This document shows positions 41,953-53,442 of a stretch of DNA of 64,000 nt, piece by piece; within the stretch, counting starts at the first letter, position 1; every line of letters begins with the position of its first letter. Below the pieces are notes generated by a model. It saw only the letters and a list, made by a program, of their open reading frames with translations. It was not told where the DNA came from and did no database searches. Location: NCBI GenBank assembly GCA_963783575.1, contig CAWAOD010000014.1:352001-416000 (forward strand). The letters run 5' to 3'. Position numbers and translations under genes: made by a program. This DNA is from an uncultured Spirochaetota bacterium. Lineage in GTDB: Bacteria; Spirochaetota; Brevinematia; Brevinematales; JAOACQ01.

Positions 41953-42210
41953 GATAGGCATATTATTTTATATTGAGCAAGTAGCCTAACATGAGTTGAG
42001 TTTATTATAAGCCCTTCGACAAGGCTCTGTACAGGCTCTGCTCAACATCCACATATGGACACACACAAAAGACAGAAGCGGAACATAAAAACTACATAAG
42101 GACTCTTCAAGCAGCATAAAGACCGTGGCGAACGCAATTTCAACAAGACCAAACCACATATGGCACACACGAACGTGTTATGAGAACTACCCTATAGTCA
42201 AACAGGCCGC
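41953..42210. repeat. ~255-nt dispersed repeat, copy 2
   Basis: Direct repeat of 41060-41312, from GATAGG to CAAACAGGCCGC. Confidence 0.92.
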
Positions 42211-42306
42211 TGAACGTTAGTTCGGCGAGCGGCACGATGTCAATAGCTTTTATTTATTCAATAATAATGCCGAACGAATGTGCGGCGGCGATGTCGCAAG
42301 GGCTTG

Positions 42307-44289
42307 TTATTCCTTATAAATGCCCAATCCCTCGAACTTTTTTCCATTTGCACGGAAATATGACATGAAGAATTCATAATATTCAAGTCTCAGAGATTGT
42401 ATCGCTACAATTCCCCCTTCAAAACCGACGACAAAGAGGTTTCCGATAAGAATGATAAGCCATTGAACGGGAAGTATGTTCGACATTCCGGCAAGGATAA
42501 AGAAAGCCCCCATAAGTGCGGCATGGTTAAGCGCAAAGGCCCCGATTCTCATAAATGATATGGTTTTACTGATGAAAGAAATCAGGGTTTCAAAAACATC
42601 GACAAAACCAAGTATCATACTTGGCTTTTCTTCATGTTCACCTTCTTCGTGCTTGTGAGGAAAAAGGAGTTCTAGTCTTTTTTCTAAAAGTATCGCTATC
42701 ATACTTATTAAAATGATAATAATAATAGTTATATTTAAAATGCCGGAAAGTGGGAAACCCTTTCCGCTGATCAAAGAATAACCGATGTCGACAAGACCTA
42801 AATACAGCAGAAGTCCGGCAATTCCTGTGGTTGAAAAAAACAAACGCCCGTAATTCCTTTCAAGAATGCTGTTGATAATGCTGAGGATTGTTCCAAGTGT
42901 TATGATAACGGCACCGAAGGCAATAGTAACCATCAATATACCCATGATATTCCCGGAAGGATTCATCCATAGAGGTTTAAAAATATTCTCATGCCCAAAG
43001 ACGGAACCGTATAAAAAACCGAATATTATTGACGATAAGCCTACATAAAACACAACTGTGGCAAAGCTTTTCATCGATTTAAATTTCTTCACCAGCATAC
43101 CTGTCAATCCGATAAGGGCAAGAACAAAGCCATGGCCGACATCACCGAACATGGCGCCATACATTAAAACATAAGCGGCTGCGGCAAGAAGAGTCGGATC
43201 GATCTCTTTATAATTGGGTATTCCGAAAGTCGAAACCAGTCCTTCAAAAGGTTTTAAAAATTTTGGATTGGAAAATTTAGTCGGAGGAATAAGGCCTTCC
43301 TGAATCATCGCATCAATCGCATCCATAGATAGAAAAATACATCTGCCGAAAGTCATTTTTTCAATAGAATCCTTCAATGAATCGACTTCCTGGGCAGGAA
43401 CCCATCCTGAAAAAAGACGAACATTTGCGGTGGAAACCATTTCTCCTTTTAATTTTGACATTGATTGATAATATTGAATATTATATTTCAGATTATGAAT
43501 TACAGGAATTGATTTTACAAAAATTTTATGAAATCTACGCTCAAGCCAGATTTCCTCATCCTTTGAATATGATAGATCGAAAGCGAATTTAACAAGGCTT
43601 GATTTTCCATTCGGCTCAAGATCATAGGGTAAGCCATAATCCTTGAAATAGACATTCTTTAAAATTATTTCTATTTTGCTTTTTTCTTTAATAGGCGCCG
43701 CAAATAGTATCAATGCATCCGTACCTATGTTGTCTATAAACTGAACGGTAGATGGAATGATACTCATCGCAGAAATAAAGCCCTCATAGCTTGTTGACGG
43801 TACAACACCAAAACCCGCATAAAAATGTTCAAGGTCTTTAAGCCTTGTTAAATCCAGATTTGAACCGTAAAACAGGTTCATTTTCCTTATTTTTATTGCA
43901 ATATCATTTTGCCTGGATCTTAATTCTTCCAGCTTTATATTGTAATCATTCAAATCGGTTTCTATCTCTTTTATCTGTTCTTCAATTTGAAATTCATTTA
44001 TAACCACCGGTTCCGCAATGTAGTCAACTTCACCAATTTCAGAAGCTATCGAGTAATTTTCAAAAGTTGAATGTAAAAAATTAACCCTTCTTTCAAATTC
44101 CTGCAGTTTTGCTGAAAAATCATTTTCCGGTGTTTTTTCAAGAAGATACTTTTTTGCTTTTTCACCAGAAATCTCAATAACCTGAAAATCACCGAATTTG
44201 ACAATTTCTTTTGATACATTATCAGAAAATTTCTTATGGATGAAAACATCCACTTTCTTCATTCTTTGTGATACAAACATTATCGTCAC
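42307..44289 (-). CDS. V/A-type ATPase subunit I (a)
   Basis: PPT..NP..PFE.LV..FG.P.Y.EIDPT, MFGDVGHG, SFMRIGAFALNH, LRLEYYEF. Confidence 0.93.
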   Translation of the reverse strand: MTIMFVSQRMKKVDVFIHKKFSDNVSKEIVKFGDFQVIEISGEKAKKYLLEKTPENDFSAKLQEFERRVNFLHSTFENYSIASEIGEVDYIAEPVVINEFQIEEQIKEIETDLNDYNIKLEELRSRQNDIAIKIRKMNLFYGSNLDLTRLKDLEHFYAGFGVVPSTSYEGFISAMSIIPSTVQFIDNIGTDALILFAAPIKEKSKIEIILKNVYFKDYGLPYDLEPNGKSSLVKFAFDLSYSKDEEIWLERRFHKIFVKSIPVIHNLKYNIQYYQSMSKLKGEMVSTANVRLFSGWVPAQEVDSLKDSIEKMTFGRCIFLSMDAIDAMIQEGLIPPTKFSNPKFLKPFEGLVSTFGIPNYKEIDPTLLAAAAYVLMYGAMFGDVGHGFVLALIGLTGMLVKKFKSMKSFATVVFYVGLSSIIFGFLYGSVFGHENIFKPLWMNPSGNIMGILMVTIAFGAVIITLGTILSIINSILERNYGRLFFSTTGIAGLLLYLGLVDIGYSLISGKGFPLSGILNITIIIIILISMIAILLEKRLELLFPHKHEEGEHEEKPSMILGFVDVFETLISFISKTISFMRIGAFALNHAALMGAFFILAGMSNILPVQWLIILIGNLFVVGFEGGIVAIQSLRLEYYEFFMSYFRANGKKFEGLGIYKE

Positions 44290-44349
44290 CCGCTACCTAA
44301 AATGGTAATCTATTAAGATTATGATTTTATTATATTATGATATTATGTT

Positions 44350-44415
44350 CGCTCCCTGAGTGTTTTTCGGTTTTCTTCTTGTTCTACTAGCCCGAAAAAT
44401 GTATCGAAGGGAGCG
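44350..44415. repeat. REP-like palindrome inside the ATPase operon
   Basis: CGCTCCCT...TTTTTCGG / CCGAAAAA...AGGGAGCG nested inverted repeat containing CCCTGAG...TCGAAGGG. Confidence 0.6.
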
Positions 44416-44425
44416 CAGATAAATC

Positions 44426-45424
44426 TCAAAAAGCAAGCAGATCCTTGATTTTCTCAATACTCACATTCAGCTTTTTACTCTCTAAAAGCATTATCAAATT
44501 TCTAACACTCAGAAAGTGAAGGATAATAAAACCTAAAAAAACCGCGAGGCTGAAAGGAGTGCCCCTGAGGTATCCCCTTGCTTTATCTGACAGATTCTTA
44601 TACATTTCTTTTTCTAAGAGATAATCCTCGGAATAATCCCTTTGAACAAATTTAAACGTTTTCAAATTAGCTACAAAATCATCGGCTTTTTCAGATTCAA
44701 TCAGTTTTTCATACCTTTTTCTTGATAAAACGTTCAAAATATTGGGAATAAGAGAAATAACCTGTTCGGTCTGCATACCGTAATTGAACCTGCTTCTATA
44801 TATCCATAAAATACGGTTGATTTCAAGAAAAAAGAAAATAAGTTCCTGCGCGACCTTTTTATCTTTAAGAGATAAATGAGAATATTGTTTTTTTAGATTT
44901 AGAGCATAATAATTATCAAGGTTCATTTCAAAATAAAAAGCGTTGTTTTCTTCTTTAACCCTGGGCAGTGAATCCTGAGCCAGACGGTAGTAATCGGTTC
45001 CTCCCAGAAACTCCTGCAGTTCTTCCAGTGTTTTTAGATCCTTGACCATTTCAATCTGAATTTTACTGAATTCTCCAAGCTGATATAAAAAACCGACTGG
45101 TTTTTGATTAATAATCGCCCTGGTTAAAATCTTAAGGTTGTCAATTTCATATATTTTTGACCATTCTTCTATAAAGTCTTTTGTGGTGCCGGAAAGAAAT
45201 CTCAATCCGCTTTTGATAAAGAAAAAGGATTCCTGTTTTAACAATCCTTCAATTTGAACGGTTTCATCCGATTGAATATCTATTTTCTTTGTCCGCTTTT
45301 TTAAATAAGCAAGATATTCGTTTAACGGCATTCTGGAAAGATCTTCCAGTTCATTTTCTTTAAGTAGAACCGGTATCCAGGATTTGACTTTTGAATAAAT
45401 AGAAGTATACTCTTCACCTATCAT
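44426..45424 (-). CDS. V/A-type ATPase subunit C (d)
   Basis: YEIDNLK.L.R, T.YY, E..LD.YY, E..NL-like motifs; size and operon position. Confidence 0.75.
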   Translation of the reverse strand: MIGEEYTSIYSKVKSWIPVLLKENELEDLSRMPLNEYLAYLKKRTKKIDIQSDETVQIEGLLKQESFFFIKSGLRFLSGTTKDFIEEWSKIYEIDNLKILTRAIINQKPVGFLYQLGEFSKIQIEMVKDLKTLEELQEFLGGTDYYRLAQDSLPRVKEENNAFYFEMNLDNYYALNLKKQYSHLSLKDKKVAQELIFFFLEINRILWIYRSRFNYGMQTEQVISLIPNILNVLSRKRYEKLIESEKADDFVANLKTFKFVQRDYSEDYLLEKEMYKNLSDKARGYLRGTPFSLAVFLGFIILHFLSVRNLIMLLESKKLNVSIEKIKDLLAF

Positions 45425-45432
45425 ATCAGCCC

Positions 45433-45744
45433 CTATAACTCAAGGATAGTTTGTACTATTTTATCTTTCAAATCCTGCTTTCTTTTCTCCAGATTCTGTT
45501 TTTTAAGGACTATTTCATTCTGAATTTTTTTCTTCAGTTCATCTTCGTATATTGCAGCTTTTGACATGACAATACCGGTTTTTTCGCTCTTTTCCTTTTG
45601 AAAATCATTTTCGAATTCCTCGGCCAGAATTGTTATTTTTCTTCTTGTTGACACCAGGATACCCTGGGCCTCATTTTGAATATCCTGTTCTTTATTTTTC
45701 AGGTTTTCTTCAGTTTTTATAATAGTTTCTATCAATTCTATCAT
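45433..45744 (-). CDS. V/A-type ATPase subunit G/H (peripheral stalk)
   Basis: 103-aa E/K-rich coiled coil (IETIIKTEE) in the ATPase operon. Confidence 0.6.
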   Translation of the reverse strand: MIELIETIIKTEENLKNKEQDIQNEAQGILVSTRRKITILAEEFENDFQKEKSEKTGIVMSKAAIYEDELKKKIQNEIVLKKQNLEKRKQDLKDKIVQTILEL

Positions 45745-46193
45745 AATTCATCTCCAACAACAATAACATCCTGGGGAGCAAAAAGCAGTATCTTCCTTTC
45801 CAGATCCGAGAATATATCCTTCATATACTCTCCTCCGCTTTTTTTAGCTATGCAGATGATCTTGTAAGGTTCATTGTCATGCTTTATATAATCTATAATC
45901 GCATCAAAAGGATTACCTTCCAGGAGGATTTCCGTAACCTTCACCCCTTCTGATTCCCCTTTTCTTTTTGCATAGCTTAAATACTTTTCGGTATTTTTTT
46001 TCATACTATCCGCAAATAAAGAAGATTCTTCCTTTAGAAAAATTTTATAACGCTCCAGCTTTAGAATCAATTCTCTGTTTATCACACAAATGGCTATAAC
46101 TTCCATATTAAATTCTTTTGCCATAGCAATTGCTTTTGTGACAGCTTTTCTTGACTCCGTAGATTCGGTAATCGGGACATATATCTTACCCAT
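45741..46193 (-). CDS. universal stress protein (UspA family)
   Basis: KIYVPI..S..S.KAV..AI..AK, GNPFDAIIDY, ILLFAPQDVIVV. Confidence 0.8.
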   Translation of the reverse strand: MGKIYVPITESTESRKAVTKAIAMAKEFNMEVIAICVINRELILKLERYKIFLKEESSLFADSMKKNTEKYLSYAKRKGESEGVKVTEILLEGNPFDAIIDYIKHDNEPYKIICIAKKSGGEYMKDIFSDLERKILLFAPQDVIVVGDEL

Positions 46194-46209
46194 AATTTAC
46201 CCCCATCTC

Positions 46210-46848
46210 CTATTCGTTGGCTGTCTCATGCGCGCTTTTAATTCTCTTCATCTGAAAAAAAGTTTCTCTCTCTCTTTCTTCCAGAGTATCCTGAATAAAT
46301 TTTATTATTTCTTTAAATTCGGGAATATATACATTTTCCAGAGCGTTGACTCGTCTCTGAGTTTTTTTAATTTCATAAGCGAGCCTCCAGGCCGCGGCCT
46401 CCACCTGGGCTACTTCAATAACAAGTTTGGTAAGTTCCCTGGCATTTTTGAAAAGCCGGTCGAAATTTATGTTTGTCGTATAAAACGATATATCCGGACG
46501 TACAGGAGCTTCTATTTTATCCTTATATTTTACATTGGGCAGATTTACGCCCATAATTCCCTTTTCATGGACATCCACATCCGGTATCATTTTATGCCCC
46601 AGCACGATCCTTTCAAGTTCATATTCGCCCATCTCGATCTCAACAAGCCTCAGGAGTTCATAGCTTTTTTTCAGCAATAAATTCAGCCTTTCACGCTGTT
46701 CCTTGATCTTTGATATTATCTCCACCAGGTGCATCACCAGCACTTCCCGCTTTTCTTCAAGCAGCGAATGTCCGTCAATTGAAAAAATCAACTGCGCTTT
46801 ATATTCAAAGAGATTTGTTTTGGTTGGAGCGATTTCAGACGGATTCAT
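46210..46848 (-). CDS. V/A-type ATPase subunit D
   Basis: PTKTNL, GH.LLEEKREVL, EIKKTQRRVNALE, LEERERE.FF. Confidence 0.95.
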   Translation of the reverse strand: MNPSEIAPTKTNLFEYKAQLIFSIDGHSLLEEKREVLVMHLVEIISKIKEQRERLNLLLKKSYELLRLVEIEMGEYELERIVLGHKMIPDVDVHEKGIMGVNLPNVKYKDKIEAPVRPDISFYTTNINFDRLFKNARELTKLVIEVAQVEAAAWRLAYEIKKTQRRVNALENVYIPEFKEIIKFIQDTLEERERETFFQMKRIKSAHETANE

Positions 46849-46857
46849 AAATGACCC

Positions 46858-48255
46858 CTATTCCTGTTTTTCACCCATATAATACTTTTGTATTTCTTCT
46901 TCCTTTAACCCTGACAATTCGGTTTTAGGCAGCATAGAAACCATTTTCCATCCCAGGTTCAGACTGTCTTCCATCGACCTGTCCTCGTGAAAACCCTGTC
47001 CTATAAATTCCCTTTCAAAACGATCGCCGAACTTCAAATACGCCTGGTCTACCTTGCCCAATTCCTCTTCACCGACAATTGATGCGATCGAACGTACCTC
47101 TTTAACTCTTGCATAGCTTGCGTAAAGCTGCATAAAGAGATGGGGATGATCGTCCCTGGTGTATCCTTTACCGATACTGTCCTTCATTAATCTTGAAAGC
47201 GACGGAAGAATGTCCGAAGCCGGGTAAATGCCTTTTCCGTTAAGTTCCCTGCTCAGTACAATCTGGCCTTCTGTGATATATCCTGTCAGATCGGGAACCG
47301 GGTGTGTTATATCATCATTGGGCATGGTTAAAATCGGTACCTGGGTTATGCTCCCAACTCTACCTTTAACCCTTCCGGCTCTTTCGTAAAGCGTAGAAAG
47401 GTCGCTGTACATATAACCCGGAAAGCCTTTCCTGGCAGGTACTTCACCCCTTGCGTTGGCAATTTCTCTCAAAGCCTCGCAGTAACTCGTCATATCTGTC
47501 AGAATAACAAGGACATGCTTGCCTTTCTCGTAAGCCAGGTATTCCGCGGCTGTAAGAGCCACCCGGGGAGTAATTATCCTTTCTATTGAAGGATCGTCGG
47601 CAAGGTTAAGATACATTACAACATTCTTTAGTGAACCTGTCTCTTCAAAATTATTTATAAAGAAAAACGCGTCATCGTGCTTGATCCCCATTGCCGCAAA
47701 TACAACTGCAAAGTTTCCTGTTTCTTCCCCGGGGAGTTTGGCCTGGGCTGCGATCTGAGCGGCCAATTCGTTGTGAGGAAGTCCCGCCGCTGAAAATATC
47801 GGCAGCTTCTGACCTCTCACAAGCGTATTCATCAAATCTATAGTTGATACGCCCGTTTCTATGTATTCACGGGGATATGCCCTCATCACCGGGTTTAACG
47901 GCTCGCCGTTCACATTTTTTCTCACCTCGGGAATGATATCGGCTAAACCGTCAGACGGCCTGCCGAGTCCGTCAAATACCCTGCCGAGAATATTTTCAGA
48001 CAACCCGATTTCCAGTGGTTTACCTGTAAAAAGCACCCTTGATTTCTTCGGGTTGATGCCGCTTGTACCTTCAAAAAGCTGGATAACAACAGCGTCATCC
48101 GATGTTTCCAGCACTTTGCCATGCCGAACGGTTCCATCAGGCAGTTTGATCTCCACCAATTCATCGTAGCCGATGCCTTTCATACCTTTAACAACCGCTA
48201 ACGGCCCATTTATACCGGCAATACCAATGTGTTCTTTTATCATTTCCACAGGCAT
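46858..48255 (-). CDS. V/A-type ATPase subunit B
   Basis: [45 protein letters not shown]. Confidence 0.97.
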   Translation of the reverse strand: MPVEMIKEHIGIAGINGPLAVVKGMKGIGYDELVEIKLPDGTVRHGKVLETSDDAVVIQLFEGTSGINPKKSRVLFTGKPLEIGLSENILGRVFDGLGRPSDGLADIIPEVRKNVNGEPLNPVMRAYPREYIETGVSTIDLMNTLVRGQKLPIFSAAGLPHNELAAQIAAQAKLPGEETGNFAVVFAAMGIKHDDAFFFINNFEETGSLKNVVMYLNLADDPSIERIITPRVALTAAEYLAYEKGKHVLVILTDMTSYCEALREIANARGEVPARKGFPGYMYSDLSTLYERAGRVKGRVGSITQVPILTMPNDDITHPVPDLTGYITEGQIVLSRELNGKGIYPASDILPSLSRLMKDSIGKGYTRDDHPHLFMQLYASYARVKEVRSIASIVGEEELGKVDQAYLKFGDRFEREFIGQGFHEDRSMEDSLNLGWKMVSMLPKTELSGLKEEEIQKYYMGEKQE

Positions 48256-48278
48256 TTTACCACTCCAAAAATCTAATA

Positions 48279-50066
48279 TTATTCTTTATATACTTCTTCA
48301 AGGGTTTCGAATTCTTTAATCATAAACTTTTCAATTTCATCGATTTCCTGCAGCTTATCATTCGGAACACTCATTTTAATCCGGATAATTCTGGTTATGC
48401 ACTGCATTTCTTTAATCTCAAAAATCGGGGCACCCATTCTTATAACATCTGCGGCCCTGTCAAAGAATTTCAACATCAATTTTAACATTTTCAGCTGTTT
48501 ATCCGGGGTTGAATAAGTATCTATATCGTCATACGCGCCCTGTTGAAGGAAACCAAGCTTGATGATCCTGGCAACCTCAAGATAAAGCCTCTCACTATCC
48601 GGAAGGGCGTCCGGACCTATAAGTTTGACAATCTTCTGCAGTTTGTCCTCTTTTTGTAGAATTTCAAAAGATCTGTTTCGGATATCAAAATACTCTTTGG
48701 ATACATTTTTATCCCACCATTCCCTGCATTCTTCAACATACTGGCTGTAGCTTCTGATCCAGTTTATCGAGGGATAATGGCGGCTGCTGGCCAGCGTTTT
48801 ATCGAGTTCCCAGAAACAACGGACAAATCTTTTAGTATTTTGAGTGACAGGTTCGGAAAAATCCCCCCCGGGAGGAGAAACCGCGCCAATTGCTGTGATG
48901 GAGCCTTCTAACCCGGATTTTACTTTTACATAACCCGCTCTTTCGTAGAAAGCGGCGAGCTTAGAGCCAAGATAAGCCGGGAAACCTTCTTCAGCGGGCA
49001 TTTCCTCAAGCCTTCCCGAAAGTTCCCTCAACGCCTCAGCCCATCTTGAGGTTGAATCCGCCATTAAAGCGACATCATAACCCATATCACGGTAGTATTC
49101 CGCAAGCGTTATACCTGTATATATTGAGGCTTCCCTTGCCGTTACAGGCATATTCGAAGTGTTAGCAATCAAAATGGTTCTTTCCATCAATGGTTTACCG
49201 GTACGAGGATCGATTAATTTTGGAAAATCCTCAAGAACTTCTGTAATTTCGTTTCCTCTTTCCCCGCATCCGATGTATACTATCACCTGCGCGTCAGCCC
49301 ATTTGGCAAGCTGGTGCTGGGTTATAGTTTTACCGGTGCCGAAACCACCGGGAATCCCTGCTGTTCCGCCTTTTGCAATCGGGAAGAATACGTCCACCAC
49401 CCTCTGCCCGGTTAAGAGCGGTATGGTAGGCTTCATTCTCTGCATAATCGGCCTAGGAAATTTTACAGCCCAGCGATGATAGAGTTTAACCTCAACTTCT
49501 TCATCCTGATCGTTTTTGACAACAGCGATTACGTCATTTAATGTATAGTCCCCTTCTTTTACAATATTTAAAATCGTACAGTTTAAATTCGGCTCCAGCA
49601 AAATCTTGTGTTCGATTATGCTTGTTTCAGGAACCTTTCCAATTATCGATCCTCCGGTTAATTTCGCTCCGGCGGCAACTGCCGGTGTAAAGTGCCATTT
49701 CCTGTTTCTGTCAAGAGATGAGACATTAATACCTCTTCCAATATATATTCCGCTTCTTTTGGCAATTTCTTCCAGCGGTCGCTGAATACCATCAAAAATA
49801 TTTCCGATAATTCCAGGCCCTAATTCAACTGACAACGGTAAGCCTGTCCCAAAAATATCGTCTCCGGGTTTTACTCCGCTGGTATCCTCATAGACCTGAA
49901 CTGTCGCAAACTCACCCTGTATGCTCAAAACCTCACCGATCAGATGATATTCGGAAACTTCAACAAGTTCCATCATCTTAAGCATGTCAAACAATTCCGC
50001 TTTAACGATCGGGCCGTTTACTTTAATAATCTTTCCAACCGCCTTATTTTCCATAATCATCCTCAA
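48279..50066 (-). CDS. V/A-type ATPase subunit A
   Basis: GGFGTGKT Walker [33 protein letters not shown]. Confidence 0.97.
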   Translation of the reverse strand: MRMIMENKAVGKIIKVNGPIVKAELFDMLKMMELVEVSEYHLIGEVLSIQGEFATVQVYEDTSGVKPGDDIFGTGLPLSVELGPGIIGNIFDGIQRPLEEIAKRSGIYIGRGINVSSLDRNRKWHFTPAVAAGAKLTGGSIIGKVPETSIIEHKILLEPNLNCTILNIVKEGDYTLNDVIAVVKNDQDEEVEVKLYHRWAVKFPRPIMQRMKPTIPLLTGQRVVDVFFPIAKGGTAGIPGGFGTGKTITQHQLAKWADAQVIVYIGCGERGNEITEVLEDFPKLIDPRTGKPLMERTILIANTSNMPVTAREASIYTGITLAEYYRDMGYDVALMADSTSRWAEALRELSGRLEEMPAEEGFPAYLGSKLAAFYERAGYVKVKSGLEGSITAIGAVSPPGGDFSEPVTQNTKRFVRCFWELDKTLASSRHYPSINWIRSYSQYVEECREWWDKNVSKEYFDIRNRSFEILQKEDKLQKIVKLIGPDALPDSERLYLEVARIIKLGFLQQGAYDDIDTYSTPDKQLKMLKLMLKFFDRAADVIRMGAPIFEIKEMQCITRIIRIKMSVPNDKLQEIDEIEKFMIKEFETLEEVYKE

Positions 50067-50089
50067 AATACATAATAATTGACTCTATG

Positions 50090-50794
50090 TTATTTTTGAA
50101 CCGCCCTGATTATACCCATTGGGGTTTGCTCCCTTGACTGTCCCAGGGGATTATCCCTGAGAATGCCGAAAAGACTGTCTTTATCAAGCGATTTATCCGA
50201 CCTTCCCAGAATTTTACCTCCAAGATCGTTCAAATCCACAATTATAACTTTCACGTTAATTGTTTTACTGACTCTTTCAGCGGCCTTATCCGGTTTATCC
50301 GGGCCTAAAACCACATATGTATTATATGGGGGCAATGTATTGTAAGTCGGCCCGTCTATCGATGACGCTTTATAACCGGCGACCCTGTAAAAATCCCCCT
50401 TCCTGCCCAGAAGTTTTCCAAGAAAACCTATAAATGCCGCAAATAAAATCCTTATGACTCCGCATTCCTTGAGTGCCATCTCCATAGTTTCAGGTATTCC
50501 CAGCCCAATACCGGCCGGTGTCTTTGTAACATGGTTTGAAAGAAATATGGCGAGAGGCCTGGGTTTGATTTCTTTCACCGGGAAAGCCCTTCCCTGGGTA
50601 ATCGCAACGGCTTTTTCGCTGATAAAAAGTATGTCTCCGGGCTGAAGAATATTTAACGCGTATTTTTTAGCTATTTCCGCAATATCTTCTCCCTTTACTA
50701 TCACATGAGTTTTTATTGGAATCCTTAAATAAGATTTTCTCTCAAACTCAATTTCCGCCATTTTTTCTTTCGTATTATTCTTTATATCTTGCAT
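50090..50794 (-). CDS. coenzyme F420-0:gamma-glutamyl ligase (CofE)-like protein
   Basis: IPIKTH.I..GEDI, GDILFISEKAVAITQGR, IDGP, P..PD..A, IVDLNDLG, DNPLGQ..EQTP. Confidence 0.7.
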   Translation of the reverse strand: MQDIKNNTKEKMAEIEFERKSYLRIPIKTHVIVKGEDIAEIAKKYALNILQPGDILFISEKAVAITQGRAFPVKEIKPRPLAIFLSNHVTKTPAGIGLGIPETMEMALKECGVIRILFAAFIGFLGKLLGRKGDFYRVAGYKASSIDGPTYNTLPPYNTYVVLGPDKPDKAAERVSKTINVKVIIVDLNDLGGKILGRSDKSLDKDSLFGILRDNPLGQSREQTPMGIIRAVQK

Positions 50795-50826
50795 TATAAC
50801 AACCTTATGACCACATATATTAGTAG

Positions 50827-51417
50827 CTAGCTGCCAGTGACTGACATTGACTCGGATATCATTTTAATAAATCCTGGCTTCAGCTTATTAAATATATTTT
50901 CCAGTGAATTATCGATATAGGAATCACCGGCAATGCCAATTACGCCACCCATAATTTTTACAGGAGGTAATAACGACAGTTTTTGATTAAATGCTTTATT
51001 GATTTCATTAAAAAAGGACTCATCCTCTTTATTCAGAGAAATTCCTATATTATCCACACCAATTATATTGATGGTATTCGATATCAATTTAATCAAAAAA
51101 CCTTTGTATTTTTCAGGATTATTTTTCAGGAACTGGAATAATTCATGACAAGATTCGTTTAACAGATTGTCGATTAATTCAACTTCAATTTTCTGTTTTT
51201 CCCGGTAAGCGTCAAGCTCGGCTTTTGCCATGAGTTTGGAAGTCAAACGCTTTAAATCGGATTCCAGAGTGTTTTTCTGCTTTGCATAATAAGCGTTCAA
51301 TTCCTCCATTTTATCAACAAGGACTTTATCAGCCTGCATTTTTGCCTGGTTTAATATATCATTATTAACAGCCTCAGAATCTTTATTAATCTCATCCAGA
51401 ATCTCTTGTAAACCCAT
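50827..51417 (-). CDS. V/A-type ATPase subunit E
   Basis: MGLQEILDEI coiled coil; C-terminal GGVI...IDNSLE. Confidence 0.8.
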   Translation of the reverse strand: MGLQEILDEINKDSEAVNNDILNQAKMQADKVLVDKMEELNAYYAKQKNTLESDLKRLTSKLMAKAELDAYREKQKIEVELIDNLLNESCHELFQFLKNNPEKYKGFLIKLISNTINIIGVDNIGISLNKEDESFFNEINKAFNQKLSLLPPVKIMGGVIGIAGDSYIDNSLENIFNKLKPGFIKMISESMSVTGS

Positions 51418-51432
51418 AATTCCACCTTCAGG

Positions 51433-51744
51433 CTATATTCTGATACCAACAGCTTCTTTTATATAATCAGCGAGGTTTTTCATCGCTTCAACAGGACCCC
51501 TCGCACCGGGAATATCCAGAACCAGCGGAAGATCTTTTGAAAACCTTAGCTGCATAATAGCTTCCGAAGCCCACTGAGAGACCTCTTCGGTAACAATCAA
51601 AATACCGTAACTTTTTGATTTTTTAATCCTTCTGATCTCCTCGATAGCCTCATCCTGATTCTCAATCACTTTCCCCTCAGCGCCTTCAAGCGCAAAAAGG
51701 AGAACGCTTTCTTTATCCCCTAAAACAATTGTCCTCATACTCAA
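51433..51744 (-). CDS. V/A-type ATPase subunit F
   Basis: VLGD.ESV..F.L.G, YGILIVTE, PLVLDIP, IKEAVGIRI. Confidence 0.88.
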   Translation of the reverse strand: MSMRTIVLGDKESVLLFALEGAEGKVIENQDEAIEEIRRIKKSKSYGILIVTEEVSQWASEAIMQLRFSKDLPLVLDIPGARGPVEAMKNLADYIKEAVGIRI

Positions 51745-51777
51745 TTACCCGATATTAAAGCCGTACAAATAATCCGG

Positions 51778-52239
<462 letters not shown>

Positions 52240-52357
52240 TTATCCTCCAAAAATATTCTATTCTGAAAATATTATATATCTAATTTATTATAAAATCAAT
52301 AATAATATTATTGCTATCGGTAATAATACATGATTAACAATTTGAATCAATTATAAA

Positions 52358-52927
52358 CTACCACTTTTCATTCTGGTATATAAGTGACAGGAATTCACTT
52401 CTGGTCGTATGTGATTTCCTGAAAACCCCAAGCACGGAAGATGTTATCATATTTGAATTCTGTTTTTCCACACCTCTCATCATCATGCACAGGTGCCTTG
52501 CTTCAATGACAACACCCACTCCCAAAGCATTTATATTCTCCTTAATCGCGTGAGCAATCTGATCAGTTAGCCTTTCCTGGATTTGCAGTCTTCTTGAAAA
52601 CATATTCACAATCCTTGCCAGTTTACTGGCTCCGAAAACTTTTCCATCGGCAATATAACCGATATGACAACGTCCATAGAACGGCAGCATATGATGCTCG
52701 CACATACTGTATACTTCAATATCTTTAACAATAATCATATTACTGGTTTCCTGAATAAAGATCGCTTTATTAATCACATCTTTGATATCAGTATTATAAC
52801 CGGAGGTTAAAAATTTTAAAGACTCAGCAAATCTGTGAGGGGTTTTTACCAGTCCGTCCCTGTCCGGATCTTCCCCTATTTCGATTAAAATCTCCCGAAC
52901 CAATCTTTCAATTTTTTTGTTGTCCAT
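52358..52927 (-). CDS. folE: GTP cyclohydrolase I
   Basis: [40 protein letters not shown]. Confidence 0.96.
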   Translation of the reverse strand: MDNKKIERLVREILIEIGEDPDRDGLVKTPHRFAESLKFLTSGYNTDIKDVINKAIFIQETSNMIIVKDIEVYSMCEHHMLPFYGRCHIGYIADGKVFGASKLARIVNMFSRRLQIQERLTDQIAHAIKENINALGVGVVIEARHLCMMMRGVEKQNSNMITSSVLGVFRKSHTTRSEFLSLIYQNEKW

Positions 52928-53438
52928 TTTCAATAATCCTCCTGAGTATTTCAGTATAATGTAATAAAGGCCGCATCAGCCGGCCATCAAATCTTTCGGC
53001 AATTTTACGGATCGGAATATTAAATTCAGGTAAAATAAGTGCGGGAAATAATTCAAATAAAGGGATCGCTATAAAAGGCCTTTCCATAATTTCCGGATCG
53101 GGAATATCCAATTTTCCATTATGTATTACTTCATGATCGTACAAAAGTAAATCCAGGTCAATCAATCTTGCGGCAAACTTATCGGTTGAACGCTTACGGC
53201 CAATTTCGGCTTCAATTTTTCTCAATATAGAATATTTTAATTCATAAGGCGGCACGTCCGTTTCAATCATTAAAACTCCATTATAATATGCCGGCTGTTC
53301 CGGTCGCTCAACAGGCAATGTTTTGTAAAATGTTGAAATTCTACGAATAAAAACTTTTAATAAAAGAAGCCTTATAGCTTTTTCAATATTCTTACCGGGA
53401 TTAATGTTTGACCCTGTTCCGATAAATGCCGAAGACAT
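52908..53438 (-). CDS. folK: 2-amino-4-hydroxy-6-hydroxymethyldihydropteridine diphosphokinase
   Basis: [33 protein letters not shown]. Confidence 0.9.
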   Translation of the reverse strand: MSSAFIGTGSNINPGKNIEKAIRLLLLKVFIRRISTFYKTLPVERPEQPAYYNGVLMIETDVPPYELKYSILRKIEAEIGRKRSTDKFAARLIDLDLLLYDHEVIHNGKLDIPDPEIMERPFIAIPLFELFPALILPEFNIPIRKIAERFDGRLMRPLLHYTEILRRIIENGQQKN

Positions 53439-53442
53439 AATA

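Noticed and set aside
41986..42168. 60-aa minus-strand ORF
   Set aside because: Lies within repeat copy 2; no SD, and its frame is not preserved in copy 1.
41060..42210. Repeats as a CRISPR array or a DGR template/variable pair
   Set aside because: Only two ~255-nt copies; differences affect all bases rather than only adenines; no cas or reverse transcriptase gene in the window.
41060..42306. Repeats as canonical integron attC sites
   Set aside because: Longer than typical attC, not palindromic throughout, no GTTRRRY at an equivalent position in both copies, and no integrase seen. Kept only as an analogy.
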